A stretch of DNA of 64,000 bases. Source: Ascidiella aspersa. Taxonomy: Eukaryota. The notes below the pieces were generated by a model, which had not been told where the DNA came from, did no database searches, and worked only from the letters and a program-made list of their open reading frames with translations. Numbering within the stretch: position 1 is the first letter of the stretch; each line of letters opens with the position of its first letter. Both the position numbers and the translations under genes were made by a program. Below, one piece after another: positions 50,184 to 62,822 of this stretch. The stretch spans positions 27,404,001-27,468,000 of the forward strand of contig OZ004610.1 of the NCBI GenBank assembly GCA_963924565.1, written 5' to 3'.

Positions 50184-50500
50184 TTACGTCTCTGTTTACT
50201 TCAATAAACAGCAAGCTGCGAACATGGCGCCTATAGGCCTAAATATGTTTAAACGGTTAGCGAAAAAAGGCTGTCTTATCGCATAACGTTCTATGGCTAT
50301 TTGATTTGATTATCAAATATAAATCAGAGCATACTTTTTCCATTTAACAGGTGTGATAAATCTATGACATTTAGCGGGACCTCAATTGTTTAAAAATAAT
50401 ATTAAACGATGAACTGTCGTCTACGTGAATCACAGTATTAGATTAGCATCGACAAATTATAGGTAGGCCCTACGATGTATTACGTAGCGATCGAATACCA

Positions 50501-50947
50501 CAGTGGTCGGCAAACTGTGGGCCGCAGAGCCATTTTTAGTGGGCCGTGAGTTACTTTTGAATAGCTTAGTGTTATCACATGTAGTTGTGAGCCGCGTGAT
50601 GGCCGTACAATCGTACATTCATTGAACTTTATTTTAAAAGTTTGTGTGACAAAGAATTTTTATATTTTCTCAGCGAGGTGCAGACTCAAGTGTCAAATGT
50701 GGTCCTGACAGCCTGTCCAACTAATTTTTTTTGCCAACTTTAACCATATGTTAGTGAAACATTTTTCGAGGTTCGCACGTATACTTTTTGTTTTTTTGTT
50801 TTACATTATGGCATGGCAGTGTTTTGCGCATCGAGGCGCCGAGTAACATTTCACCTCAGAAACAAATATCCTGAATCCATCACTGTTTTCGTAGACGTTT
50901 TGCATAGTGGGCCTTCAAAAGCTTCGAAAAAGTTTGCCGATGCACTG
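50501..50947. mobile_element. hAT-type MITE
   Basis: TIRs cagtggtcggcaaact / agtttgccgatgcactg; TSD gaatacca / gtatacca. Confidence 0.8.
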
Positions 50948-51372
50948 GTATACCACACTGTACATCATATTTTCATTTCCTTGCCGAATAACGACGCTCT
51001 ATTTGCCTAATTCTGCGCTACGCCTTTCCAGTCAGGCAATTCTGAATTTGCAAAAACTATAGATACATCATGTATTAACTTAAGATCTCGTTCCCCATCT
51101 TGTGGTTATTTTAACGAAAACCTTGGGCGAGTTAACGAAATCCAATGCTCAATGGCTTACTATACTAAGGGGCCTTTGCTGTCCGATTGGCCACCAATGG
51201 CATTAGTTGGTGAACCTAAAATGAGAACGGCGACCAGATTAGAACGAGCAATCGGTTGAAATAGGATTCACACTTCCTTTCGGGCGATTTGTTTGCTTAA
51301 AAATGTGCATCATTCTAGCTTTCCAGAGTGGCCTGTTGGCGTTATGTTACCAACAACAAAAATTGCAGGCTA

Positions 51373-51442
51373 CGTTTTTTAGAGCTTGTTTAAAACTGGC
51401 TGTAAATAGCCACAGCCAGTTTTAAACAAGCTCTAAAAAACG
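51373..51442. repeat. Perfect 31-bp inverted repeat with an 8-nt loop
   Basis: cgttttttagagcttgtttaaaactggctgt-aaatagcc-acagccagttttaaacaagctctaaaaaacg. Confidence 0.9.
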
Positions 51443-52510
51443 ATATGAAAATTGGAAATATGTTGGCCATGGTAATTATAATCGGAATTTTGACAGTTTA
51501 TCTAACAACCAACATACTGTTAGCCCTACGACTTTAACCAGACTGGCTATAAGTCCACAATGTTTTGGCAATTCGATGGCTAATTAAAAATATGTGGTAC
51601 CTAATTGAGTGACTGCAGTAATAACAGCAATTTTTTCAGACACTCTTGTAGCGCGTAGCTCATTATTTATTTATTCAATAGCATGTAATATATGACGATC
51701 GTGTCATATTAAAACAAAAATATGACCTGAAACTTCACTAGTTCTTATTTCAACGACATCTTACATCAGATATCAACAGGTTATTTTAATTTTATTAAAT
51801 AATCGAAATTTGTTTAATATTACCATGAATCTTAGAATAGAAAATTGCCGCCAACCAATCACAAGCTATCATTTTTTAAACTTGCAATTCGATGCTTATT
51901 TTCGAAATGGTGGGGTTTCTAGCTACAAATAGCATTAAAGATGTGTTCATATCGATTTTTTTGGGCGAGTAAAAGTTTATCGCGATGCTGACAACACGGC
52001 AGCCGTGAGCAGTTATTGAAACATGGAAAAAAATAAGAAAAACAATTGGCACGATGAACGATCGGGTAGGCACGATACAGCAAGTTCAAAATTAGTAAGC
52101 ACTAAAGTAACAAGCGGTAAAGATCACTGTTTTTTTGGATAAGTTCCACATAAATTCACATAATTTCCAATATTGAGGAGGTAGGTTGAACCCCTTTTTA
52201 TTGGTACAGCGTATGGTTTGTACTTTACCCCAAAGCGTTGTACAAATATTATAAACATCCCGCGGCTTGCTGGAGTCTAGTCAAAACCCACAAGGCATCG
52301 CCCAACTGCAGTAGCCTTAGATAAACTGTTGCTACTAGACATAGAAATACAAATAAAAAAAACGGCTCCTCTGCCTCTGGTAATTGTTATTCTGTACCAA
52401 CCTATGCTAGTCTCCTTGGTAAAAGGTTGGCAAAGAACTACAATTACCAGAGGAGCTGCTTTTTGATTTGCAGTAGCTTTACATCTTAGCCGAGGCAAAA
52501 ATGGACAGGA

Positions 52511-55500
52511 CTATTTTTCGGGTAGGGTTGGCGATTGGCCGTTTTCGTTCCTACAAGCCGCTTCACTAGAAGAGATATCAGCAGCCTGAAGCAGTTCCTT
52601 CGCCAAAGAACACAAAACAACGGCCGGACTCTCTTCTCTCCAGCTGCCGTCGCCAACCACAACAGCTCTAGATTTTTTAACGGGCGAAGTCCTGGGAGAA
52701 CCACCAGGGGGCGTTGCGTCGTCGTCCCTGGCCTTGACCACTTCCGGGGTCCCGTCCGGCGTCGCCACGGTCACGGTGTCGGTCTTAGGGGTGTCCCCGG
52801 ACGTTTTGGCGCACTCTGGCGCCAGCGGCGTGGCGTTCAGCGGCGAGCCTTTGAATGGGTGAAGCGGGGTCTTGAAGAGCTGACTGTCTTCCTGGTTGCT
52901 TGTGGAGAGCGAAGATACGACCGTGATGGCAGAGAGGACGCCTTTGGCTGAAAGGATACAGCGCGCGAACCTGCGGATTAAATAAGTTTTAGAATGGTTA
53001 ACGCTGAACTTGTTAGGGGTGGATCTTTTTTTTTCTGGTGCTTGATTTGGCTAAGTAACGGGTATCACATAGTGATTCGCCGCGTACATCGTTGACGATT
53101 GCGAGCTATCTACTTTTTTGATCTGTGCAGCACAATTTTGAGGTTTTACTTATCAAATAAAATTCATTTAGTCTTACTTTGGAATGAAAACGCTATTTTG
53201 ACAATATATACCACTGATGTTAACCAGCCATCTAGGATTTCAACGTACAACGGCCAGTTATAATACATACGTCAAGTCTTGAGTACTCTGAAAAATATTT
53301 TCTCTTTTAAAGTACATATAAAAATGGATTGAAATCATTTAAAGAGACCATATTTTTCTGTGCCTCTTGTTTTACCATACAATTTACGTAACAGATTTTT
53401 AGGTCACCAATCTTTTCCAGTATATATTTTAAACAAAATCAAAACTAACTTGAGGATGAGTTCTTTTTCTTCGTCATCAATTTCCAGGACGATTTGTTCG
53501 ACATCTCCATTTCCATTTGGTTCGTTGCCGTTAGCAGCTTTGCTTTGCAACACAACTGTTGCAACTGACAGACAGCAGGAAACTGAAACTTCACTGGACG
53601 ACATTTCACTTGAACTGCTGTAGTCCACCTTAGGGTGGGAGGTCATCCAATAAAGGCATAAGGAAGATAGCAGGGAAACAGTGGCTCTTCTCATTGAAGC
53701 TATTGACCAAAATGGAAGTGTTTTAATGAAATTCTTGAAGAGTATAAAATGTAAATAAACTCAAAATACAGTTAACACCAAGCAAGAAAGTAGCTGATAA
53801 AAAAGAGCTAGCCAGGTTTAATAATGTGTTTAACAGGAAAAATATTAGTATTTGTGCTTTGATACTTTGGCCGTGATAAACATGAGTAACACACCAAATC
53901 TAGAATATATTAAAATTAATGAAAAAAAAAAGATGTGCATAATATAACGTCAAAACCTAAAAAAAAAATCAAGATACTTAACATCGTATTGGTTTAAACT
54001 GTGATTTAAACAGGTCTAATTACATGTTACACTTTTTTTTGGGGCAAGATCTTTAGGCAACCGGTGTATCATTATAATAGGTATGTAGTTATTGAAGGTT
54101 AGTAAAACAGCAGATGCGCTGGATTACATATGTATGATAAATAATTTAGATATTAGATAATTTAGATATAAGTTTTTATTAAAGCTGACTGTGGCAAGTG
54201 ACAGTTAAATACAACAGTATACCTCTGGTGTGCTCAACACAAACACACAGTACACACTTAACAAAATGAACACAATTAAGGGTTAAGACTATGCATATCT
54301 TGCTGGATACTGCTGGTTGTTCAAAATTCTTACCTAAAACAGCCTTTCCTTTATCCAGCTCTGCAATGTTGTGAAGTGCATGGAGAGAATGGCTAAGGAG
54401 GTGCAGGGTGTCTGCTGAACTGTCCTTATTTACCTGGGCAATGCCTTCCAGTAACGCTCCTAAAAGGAAGATTGTTTTTAGTGATTTAAAACCACTTTTA
54501 CGGAATGAAACTCAGCGCACCTACCAACAAACTCTTTCGTACAGGAGTCTTTTGCAAAAGTTTCACTTGCTTCAAAAATCTGATCAAAAACTTCAGATAA
54601 ACTTCGCAGTAGACCACCTAAAGATATTCAAATTATCATGTTATGATCTTACTAAGTTTTATGCTTAATTGTAGTATTGTCACTCATGCTAAACTAGGGC
54701 AGTATTGTAATCCTATAGCAAACTAATATAAGCATTTCAGTGATGGTTTGCAGTTTTTACCAAAGTAAATTTTTAGAAAATAGTGTATTCACAACAAAGG
54801 GTAATTAACTTTCTGAAGTTTAAGCGAATTTTGGCCAAATATCTAGAAAAACGTCATTTCACATTGGATGGTCAAACTTTTTTTTTTTAAATATTGTGTA
54901 TCAGTACCACAAGCACAAATGATCACATATCTAGTGATCAGGCAAAGTAACATTGTATTACTTACTGTTTGTTGAGCTATTAAAAATAAACTGAGCGTTT
55001 TCCATTACTTCTGATTGGTTCCCCTCGAAAGACTTGATCCAAACATCATTAAACTTTTTGCTATTCAGACACACCCTAAATAACCTGACTAGTTCAATTA
55101 AGGTCTGCGTATCAGGTGTGGCCAACAAAGCCAGAAGAACTGATCTAAAAAATAAAAACAATTGTAGATTATTATTTTGGCAAAAGAGCATACATGCAAA
55201 AGTATTATTACCTTAAAGGCTCTTTATCGGTGATTGCTTCGCAAGCTTTTTCACTGCACGCCATGTTGCCGAGAATTCCTACAGATATTTCCTAAATTTC
55301 AGGTCTGTTAAAGTAAACCACTCACAAAGCTATGCCATACATTATATACGGATGATAGCAGAATACAATAAATGTTTTAATGCCTGTTTAAAGATTGCAC
55401 TTACTGTAATTCTTGGTGATTTGCTCTTAACGATGACACCATACAGAATATCAACAATGTCAAAGTCTAATAGGAATACTGCAACATCCTGTTAAATTAA

Positions 55501-56276
55501 GGAACTTAAGACACATAGCTTTTAAGTACACGCCATTCAACATCGTTAATTTGTACAATCAAAGAGTTTTACAGAGATTGCTAAACAACAAATTAGCAGA
55601 TATTAACACGAAATTAAAATTTCAACATTATAACAATACCATTACATAAATTTATTTAGGGTTAAGTACATAGTAGAAAGTAAGATAGTTGCTAAGCAAA
55701 GATAGGTCAGCAATACCTGGTCAACACAAATGTCCCATAGTTTGCAGGCAGAGTCTTGAAGGTCATCGCTCACATCCACAGGGTCATCTTCGGGACTGCT
55801 CGCATGTCTATCCACTTCCTATTTAGTGATTATTTAATAGGTCAGTGTTATGCATAGTATATAGTACAAAATATCTATATATCGCAATATAGGTTCATAG
55901 AAACAAATTAACATTGAACTTGCAATGCTTGTTTTATATTTTCTTAACCATTTGATGTGTTATCAATATGTAATAAAAAATTATGGCAAAATGGATTATA
56001 TTTGTAATGTAACACTTGTATTCATCACCATGAAATTAAAATTACTGCGAAATGGATTATATTTTTAATGCAAGACTTGTATTACGGCTGAGGATGCATA
56101 TAAGTTTAGATTGTAAAAATCACAAATCTAACTGGTAAGTTACCAACATTTATTATTTCCATCAATGTTGCAAGGACCCACTTCTTGCTTATAACAGTGT
56201 TTCCGACATTGTCAGCTCGGTAAAGGTCAGGGTCTGTCTCAACCTCCGGAGGTGGAGATGGATTTCGGTTCTCCAT
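52511..56276 (-). CDS. SAAL1: Protein SAAL1 homolog, about 500 aa. Exons (minus strand): 56276-56148, 55818-55717, 55488-55405, 55291-55212, 55144-54966, 54617-54525, 54459-54334, 53699-53450, 52970-52511
   Basis: The N-terminus MENRNPSPPP...ADNVGNTVISKKWVLATL and the motifs CKLWDICVDQDVAVFL and KSKSPRITEISVGILGNMAC match SAAL1-family motifs. Exons join in frame (1503 nt). Confidence 0.9.
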
Positions 56277-56399
56277 AACAACTCTATGTGGTCATGTTTT
56301 TCTTAATTTCATTTCACTTTTGGTTTAAATTAATAGATACCTTTTTGTGTAAATATGAAATAAATGAGAGAGTTTTTTGTAGGTATTTGTTAATCGTAT

Positions 56400-56997
56400 A
56401 TATTTGTTACCCAGGAATATAATATTGTATGCAAATGTACAGTTTTAAGGGATTAATTGAAAAACAGGGTATTTTATTATGTAGAATTTAAGTCTCGTTA
56501 AATTGAAATGATTTTTTTGACAGATATCGTTGATTTCGAAAACTCCGTTAAAATTTGAAAGCCATGCAAAAAACGTGTAAAACCAGAAGGACAAAACACC
56601 TTAATTTTATCACACAAAATCATTTACGCTCCATTTTCCCGATTATAGTGTACGTTTCCAGCAAAGCGTGTTCAAACACGAGAAAAAGGCAAATCGCAAG
56701 ACCCGCCAACATGGCGGAGCTTTTAAAAACTTCTCTTGTTTGTTTATTTTGTTGATATTACCATTGATTTCAAAAGTTTAAACACAGTTTTAATTCTTAA
56801 ATTAATATTAAAAAAAAATTCGCAAAACTGGCAACAATAGAATCGAAAACTACACAAATATTGACGCCGTATTTGAATTGCATTTAGCGGATGAATCTGG
56901 AGTTTGACACGTGACTTCGATCGGCGTGCTTTCGGCTTCCCAAATCTAAGAAACCATTTTCCTTCGACGATCGAATCACTCGTTTATTTCCGAATCG
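56400..56997. promoter_or_regulatory. Probable bidirectional promoter for SAAL1 and KHDRBS, with a YY1-type motif and a non-coding first exon of KHDRBS
   Basis: The genes are head-to-head. The interval is locally CpG-rich, AACATGGCGG lies at 56708-56717, and a strong donor CG|GTAAGT at 56997/56998 pairs with the acceptor at 59536. Confidence 0.6.
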
Positions 56998-57169
56998 GTA
57001 AGTGATTTTATTAGCTTTTAAAGTGTTCGTTGTCGAAGTTTTTTGTTTCTAATACATTAAGAACTTGGGAAGTGATTTCCTTTTTCGATCATTTAAATTT
57101 TAACTAGGTGTATAAATTGTTCGTATTGCCTTCGCTTATATTATCTAGTTTGCCCATAGGAGATCTGGG

Positions 57170-57808
57170 GGCGCTGGTCTAGAATCCTACCACAGTTCTA
57201 AAATCAACGCACAAAATTTGAGTTAGGGTGCGGGTTAGCGTTCGGTTGTGGGTGGGTCAAGTATTATTATATTCTTTGTTTAATAATAATACTTGACCCA
57301 CCTCAACCCAAACGCTAACCCTAACCCAAATGGTGTTTCGTTGTGGTAGGATTCTAGACCAGCGCCGATCTGGGCGCTGGTCTAGAATCCCGTCAAATTT
57401 TTGTCTGGGGGTTTATATTACTAACATTGTTTGGTTCATGTTGGGTCAAGTGTTACTTTATATATTACCCTATATTTATTTGTTTTTTGCAATTTCATTT
57501 TTGACAACTCGTTTTCGTTAAAAAAGAAGTGACCAGCGCCACTCGTTTTGTTATTTCTGAAATAAATGTAGTAGGATTCTAGACCAGTGCTGTCAAGTGT
57601 CAGTAGCACCTCGCCAACTAGTTGGTTTAACTATAATTTTGTGGTGGGGCCCTGGTCTAGAATTGTACCACAACGAACATTTAAGGGTGGCGGTTTGTTT
57701 GGGTAGGCTAAGCAATATTATTAATTAATAAACCAACACTCAAACCCAAATAATGTGCCTTGCTTTAATAATTGTATCAATGCTATGGTAGGATTCTAGT
57801 ACAGCGTG
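57170..57808. mobile_element. Cluster of three related fold-back elements with GCGCTGGTCTAGAATCCTACCAC termini
   Basis: The copy at 57170-57366 is a long palindrome with TTAGGG/CCCTAA-like motifs; diverged copies lie at about 57373-57591 and 57651-57808. Confidence 0.75.
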
Positions 57809-59557
57809 TCCGGGATAGTTCCCGTCAGCCATGAGATAGTAGTTTTGCCAAGGTTGTCAAATTTCCTTTTCACATAAAAAAATACAAACGTCTTAAATAT
57901 TGGGCAGTGTCAATTAGTACTAGACGGGGGTGCGGTTGTTGTATATTTTGTCAGGGCTTAGTGTTTATTTTCAATTTTTACTTTATTTTTTTTTAATATT
58001 TTGTATTGTGTACTTTATATTATATATTTTGTTTTTTATTTTCCTTAACTTGTTTCTGCAAGCAAAAACAGATATGGGCCGAAAACTTCCCCACTTAACT
58101 TATGCCTTTGATGCGAAAGGGGTTCAAATATGGCGTAGAATTTGGGGAATGATCGAAACATATATTTGATAAATAGAATTTACGTAGATAATGCGTATCG
58201 TCATTTTATTAAATTTTGACCAGCTTACGTGTTTGAAAAGCAAATATTATGATTCTCTTAAAGACTAAAAATTGTTTAACGCCTATGGTTTGCTATACTT
58301 TTGCAAACTTTTACTCGGTAATTTTTTACCATGGCTTGGGCCGAGCAATCACTGTTAAAACAGGCTTTAAATCTGTAGTTTTAAACAATATGAAAAACAT
58401 TATTATGTTCTCAATACGCAAACTATTAAATCGAAAGTTTTGCTAGATGTTTAGGCCTGATGTTGGTAGTATGCTGGTTGGAGCAAGATGCACGACAGGT
58501 GCTAACAGAGAGGCGTAGACTGCCTTAAGATTTCGCATTAAACTTGCGGCGGTAAATACACCCTATTGACACTTAATTATTAGGCGAAGACTATCGCAAA
58601 GTAATTGGTCGCCCGAAAAAAAACTAACGCCGCATTGAAAGCAAGCATTATTAATGAGTCGCTGCTTTGAACATCTCTACTCGCAATGCTTCCCTCCGTT
58701 AATTGTACGGTGGGTGAAACTTTATTCACGGCCTTACCTCTTTGTGTATTACCGCGACAATACGATGAAATACGATTTGGAGAATATTGGAAAAATCGTA
58801 TTTGGAGAATATTTGCTATTTGCACCTGTATAGTATGTTACTCCAATCCAACATATCAACACACAATTTTAAGTTGTGTAGGCCTGGTGTTGATATGTTG
58901 GATTAGAGTTGCCACCAGATTTCGCATTTAAATTTGCGGCGGTAAAATAAGTTGTTTCTTAACAGCATTAAGTAATTTTACTAAAGAGAAGCCTCGTTTT
59001 AAAATGCAAGTCGCACGAGCTCAGTTTAGGACGTGCCACTTCGCACAATGAAAGTCTCACGCGCGGGACAATAAAGCCCAGCAGGCGGTCAGTCGCTTCG
59101 TCACTTCACAAGCTGAACAAAGCAAGCGAATATGAACGAATTCTGTATGAAAGTTTTTCTGCTGCTAGTTGGCAGTCGTTAGCTACAAAGTGCTAAAACG
59201 CAATGTTTCAGGTTTTTACCCCCCAAGCAAAGGCCCCTGGGGGTGCAGCCTCATAAACTTTTACAAAGCACCTACATACCACTCTACGCCATGTCTGAAA
59301 ATTTAAAGGTTCTACGATGTCTACTTTTTCTATAAAGCTTCGGACAAAAATCGGTCTGAAACATACCATAGGAAACCAAAAAAGAATAGCGGCAAAAACA
59401 AGATATGTCCCGAAAATAAATTTTCGGCCCATATAATTAAGCAATGAGTTTATAATTGAATGATTAATTCTTGTACTTCCCGGATGATTATATTGAGCAT
59501 GCCATTTTCATATAATCTCTACTCTTTGTTGTTTAGTGAAAAAATAACCTACTTGCA

Positions 59558-62169
59558 ATGGAGAAGCACGAAGCTACATACTTGCCAGAATTAATGGCAG
59601 AAAAAGACAGTATTGACCCATCTTTTGTTCATGCTGTCCGCCTTATTTCAAGTGGTGAGCAGTTATTTTCTTTTACAAAAAGTAATTTTTTGCACCGCAG
59701 CTTTTAAGGCATGTTTAAAAACTTTCCTAGTTGTGTGTTTGCCCTAACACCACTTCAAACGTTAGCGTCACAAGTAGAGACTTTGTTGTGTAGCCGACAG
59801 CTTTTAACATTGAATTTTCATTAAATGAGATAAACACCCCAGGCAGGCCTTTATTTCTAATATCTTTGCTAAATGTATAGAGTTGAGTCTTACTTGTATA
59901 GTTTGTATCAGGATGAAATTACTGACAAAATTTCTTTATTTAGAAATTGAAAAAATCAAGAACCCACAAAAAGAAAGACAGGCCAACAAAACCGACAAAG
60001 AAGACTTTCACAATGTGCACGATACCAAATATCCTAAAATTGAATGTAGCATTAAAGTCCCAACAGATCTATACCCCCGAATAAACTTTGTTGGAAGGCT
60101 TATTGGCCCCGGTGGTTCAACGTTAAAGGGAATTCAAGAGGTGACACGCACTCGTATTGCAATCCTTGGAAAAGGATCGATCAGGGACAAGAAACGAGTA
60201 AGTAGCAGTCACATATTGGCCCCATTTAATAAAAATGTTAAGAATAATAATGAGATGTTAAACCACGGTTTATTTTTTAGCAAGAGGAAATTGCTTCTGG
60301 AAATGAAGAAAAGTTAGCGCACCTTAAATTACCCCTCCATGTCAAGATTACATGTGTAGCACCAGTAGAACAGGTAAAACACTTTTTTAAGCCATTGTCC
60401 TAAATTTTCAATTGTGGAGTTGTAAACCACTAGAATTGCTAAAGAATGTATTTTAGGTGAACTATTGCTTATTAACAATTGTGTTTTCTGTTTCCAGGCT
60501 TACATGAATGTTGGCAGAGCCTGCAGTGAAATTACTAAACTTCTTCATGTTGACGATGAAGAGGCAGCAATGATGAACATGGAAGCCCCTTCACAGCGTG
60601 GAGGATTTTCAGGCCGCGGTGGAAGTGGCAGAGGCGGAAGGTAATTCAAAACCAACTGAGTTGAATGTTGAAGCATCCTGCTAAGTTTTATCCTTTTGGC
60701 CTGCGTTTTGTTTATCGCATAAACATAATTACATCGGAGTCCCTTGTTAAAATAGTTTTTTTCCGCTTGCAGAGGGCGAGGCCGTGGTAACCTCTCAAGT
60801 GGGGGAAGGGGTTCTGGAAGAGGGTCGAGAGGATCTGGCAGAGGTTCTACTGGTGGAAGAGGTAAAGAGCCTTGATAAATAATGTTTTGTCCGGTTTCAA
60901 TGATGACAATTGCAATCACGGAAGGGTGGTTTACTGCCTTGCTGATGGTTTGGGAAATAATCTGAGAAACCATTTAAGCAAACAGAAATGTTCTCCTACT
61001 TTAGTACTGATTCAAGTCTTGTAACCATAAATTTAAACTCTTTTGCATTGCATTGCATTACAGGCCAGGCAACTGCTCGAATGAACACCCGTGGAAGAGG
61101 GGGTACTGGTGGAGCCAGGGCAGCAAAAACATCGATGCTTCAACAGGCACAAGATCCATATGCAGCACAAGTTGATGAATATGTAAGCATTTACAAAACT
61201 TTTTTATACCAAACCCAGATTAGACTTTTAATTTGTTGTTGGCATGATTTATGGACACTGTTTGGGGGTGCTTCTAGTAGAAATTTAGGTACTCCGTCCC
61301 TCTAAATAATAATAATAAATCTTACAGTAATTTCATTTGATCGACTCTCCAACAGTAAGTCAAAGACTACTAATTCAGTGAAATACCTGCCTAGCAAATA
61401 AAATAATTAAGCATTTAAAAAACTGAATACCAAAAGATTAATATGTCGTACACAACTTCTATTTTGACCTTGACTTTAGCAGTAGATTTCGAATGAAAGA
61501 TAAGTTGGCGTCTATGGCGTGATTTGTAGCTGAATTTAAATTATTGTTTGTTTTTTTGTAGGGTTATGAATATGATGGGTCATATGATGGCTACGGAGCT
61601 GAATATGCCGAAGCCGGTTACGAACAGGGATACGGTGAAGCTGCCTATGCTGAAGCTTATGATGATGGGTGAGTTGTGTAATATAAATAGATGGTGGTTC
61701 TTAAACTGAGACCGTGCAGCAGTTCTAAATACACCATTTAAGCTCTGGTTAGAGCAATTGACTTTAGTAGTACTGATTTAAATGTGCTGCTATGTCCTAC
61801 AGTAATTGTTTTTTAACTTCTAGTTATACTTTAATTTGCTTTGTCTTAAGAAAAAAGTTCCACTGGGACTAACAAAATATTTCTTTGTTGTCTGCCAAAC
61901 TGTGATTGACTTTTTCACCCTTTAAATGTTTTTAGATCCTACGGTACCGCAGAGTCCTATGATGCCTATTCCTATGGTGATGGATATGGTAAGCAACATG
62001 AAAGAAACCATAACTGATCACTTACAAAATCTCACAACTCTTGTTTTGTATTTTAGATGCATACGGCAACGGAGCTACTGATGCTTCTTATGGAGTTGCA
62101 GCAACCAAAAGTTTCCGTGGAAAGATGAGAGGTGGCACTGGAAGGGGTCGTGCCTCAAAGCCTTACTGA
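59558..62169 (+). CDS. KHDRBS: KHDRBS/Sam68/SLM-family STAR RNA-binding protein, about 355 aa. Coding exons: 59558-59654, 59944-60197, 60281-60373, 60498-60640, 60773-60861, 61064-61182, 61562-61668, 61936-61988, 62057-62169
   Basis: Qua1 motif [22 protein letters not shown], maxi-[43 protein letters not shown], an RG/RGG-rich region, a Tyr-rich tail and a terminal PY-NLS-like GRASKPY*. Exons join in frame (1068 nt). Confidence 0.95.
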
Positions 62170-62816
62170 TTTCCTGTTGCTTACTGATGGTGATGCAGCC
62201 TTACACATTTGAGGTGTGCATTGCAGGAAATCACATAAGGAACTACAAAAACTTGGGCGCAAACTTAAACTACAAAACTCCCTTTAGCGCTAAAGACTGA
62301 ATCACCAACAAACTATAGTGTTAGTCCTTTTGGACTACTAAACACAGGCTGTTTGGCCAGTCGTAAAAATGCGCTTTTAATCAGTGTAATTATGATCAAC
62401 TTAAACCATTTTTTCAAAGTAAGATCTCCCCAAACTGTTGATTTGAAAATTAACCACTTGTGTGATCTCAACTTTGCTAACTTTTTTATTGAAACAACGC
62501 AAATTAATTCCACAAATGATAGTGGTAAACTTTAAACAAACTGTGCCCGCTAACTTCTTTTTCTTTCTTTTACAGTTACAAACCAGACTTTTAACAACAT
62601 TCAATGCTAAATGTCTATTTGTTTTTCTTTTTTGTAAATAAATCCTTGCGAACAATTTAAAGTAAACACCACTTCTAGTTATAACATTGTATAGCTAAAA
62701 ATTTTAATGCTTCAATTGTGTAGTGATTTCAAAAAGCTTTAATGCATTCAATGCTCAAAAAATATAAACAGTCAATGTATCACTTTTTTGTAACTTTTGT
62801 CTTTCAAAATATTTTT

Positions 62817-62822
62817 AATAAA
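62817..62822 (+). promoter_or_regulatory. Candidate polyadenylation signal of KHDRBS
   Basis: AATAAA after a T-rich 3' UTR, about 650 nt past the stop codon. Confidence 0.45.

Noticed and set aside
56088-56125. CTGAGGA-TGCA...TGTA-AAAA in SAAL1 intron 1
   Set aside because: It lacks GAAA, stem III and stem I pairing.
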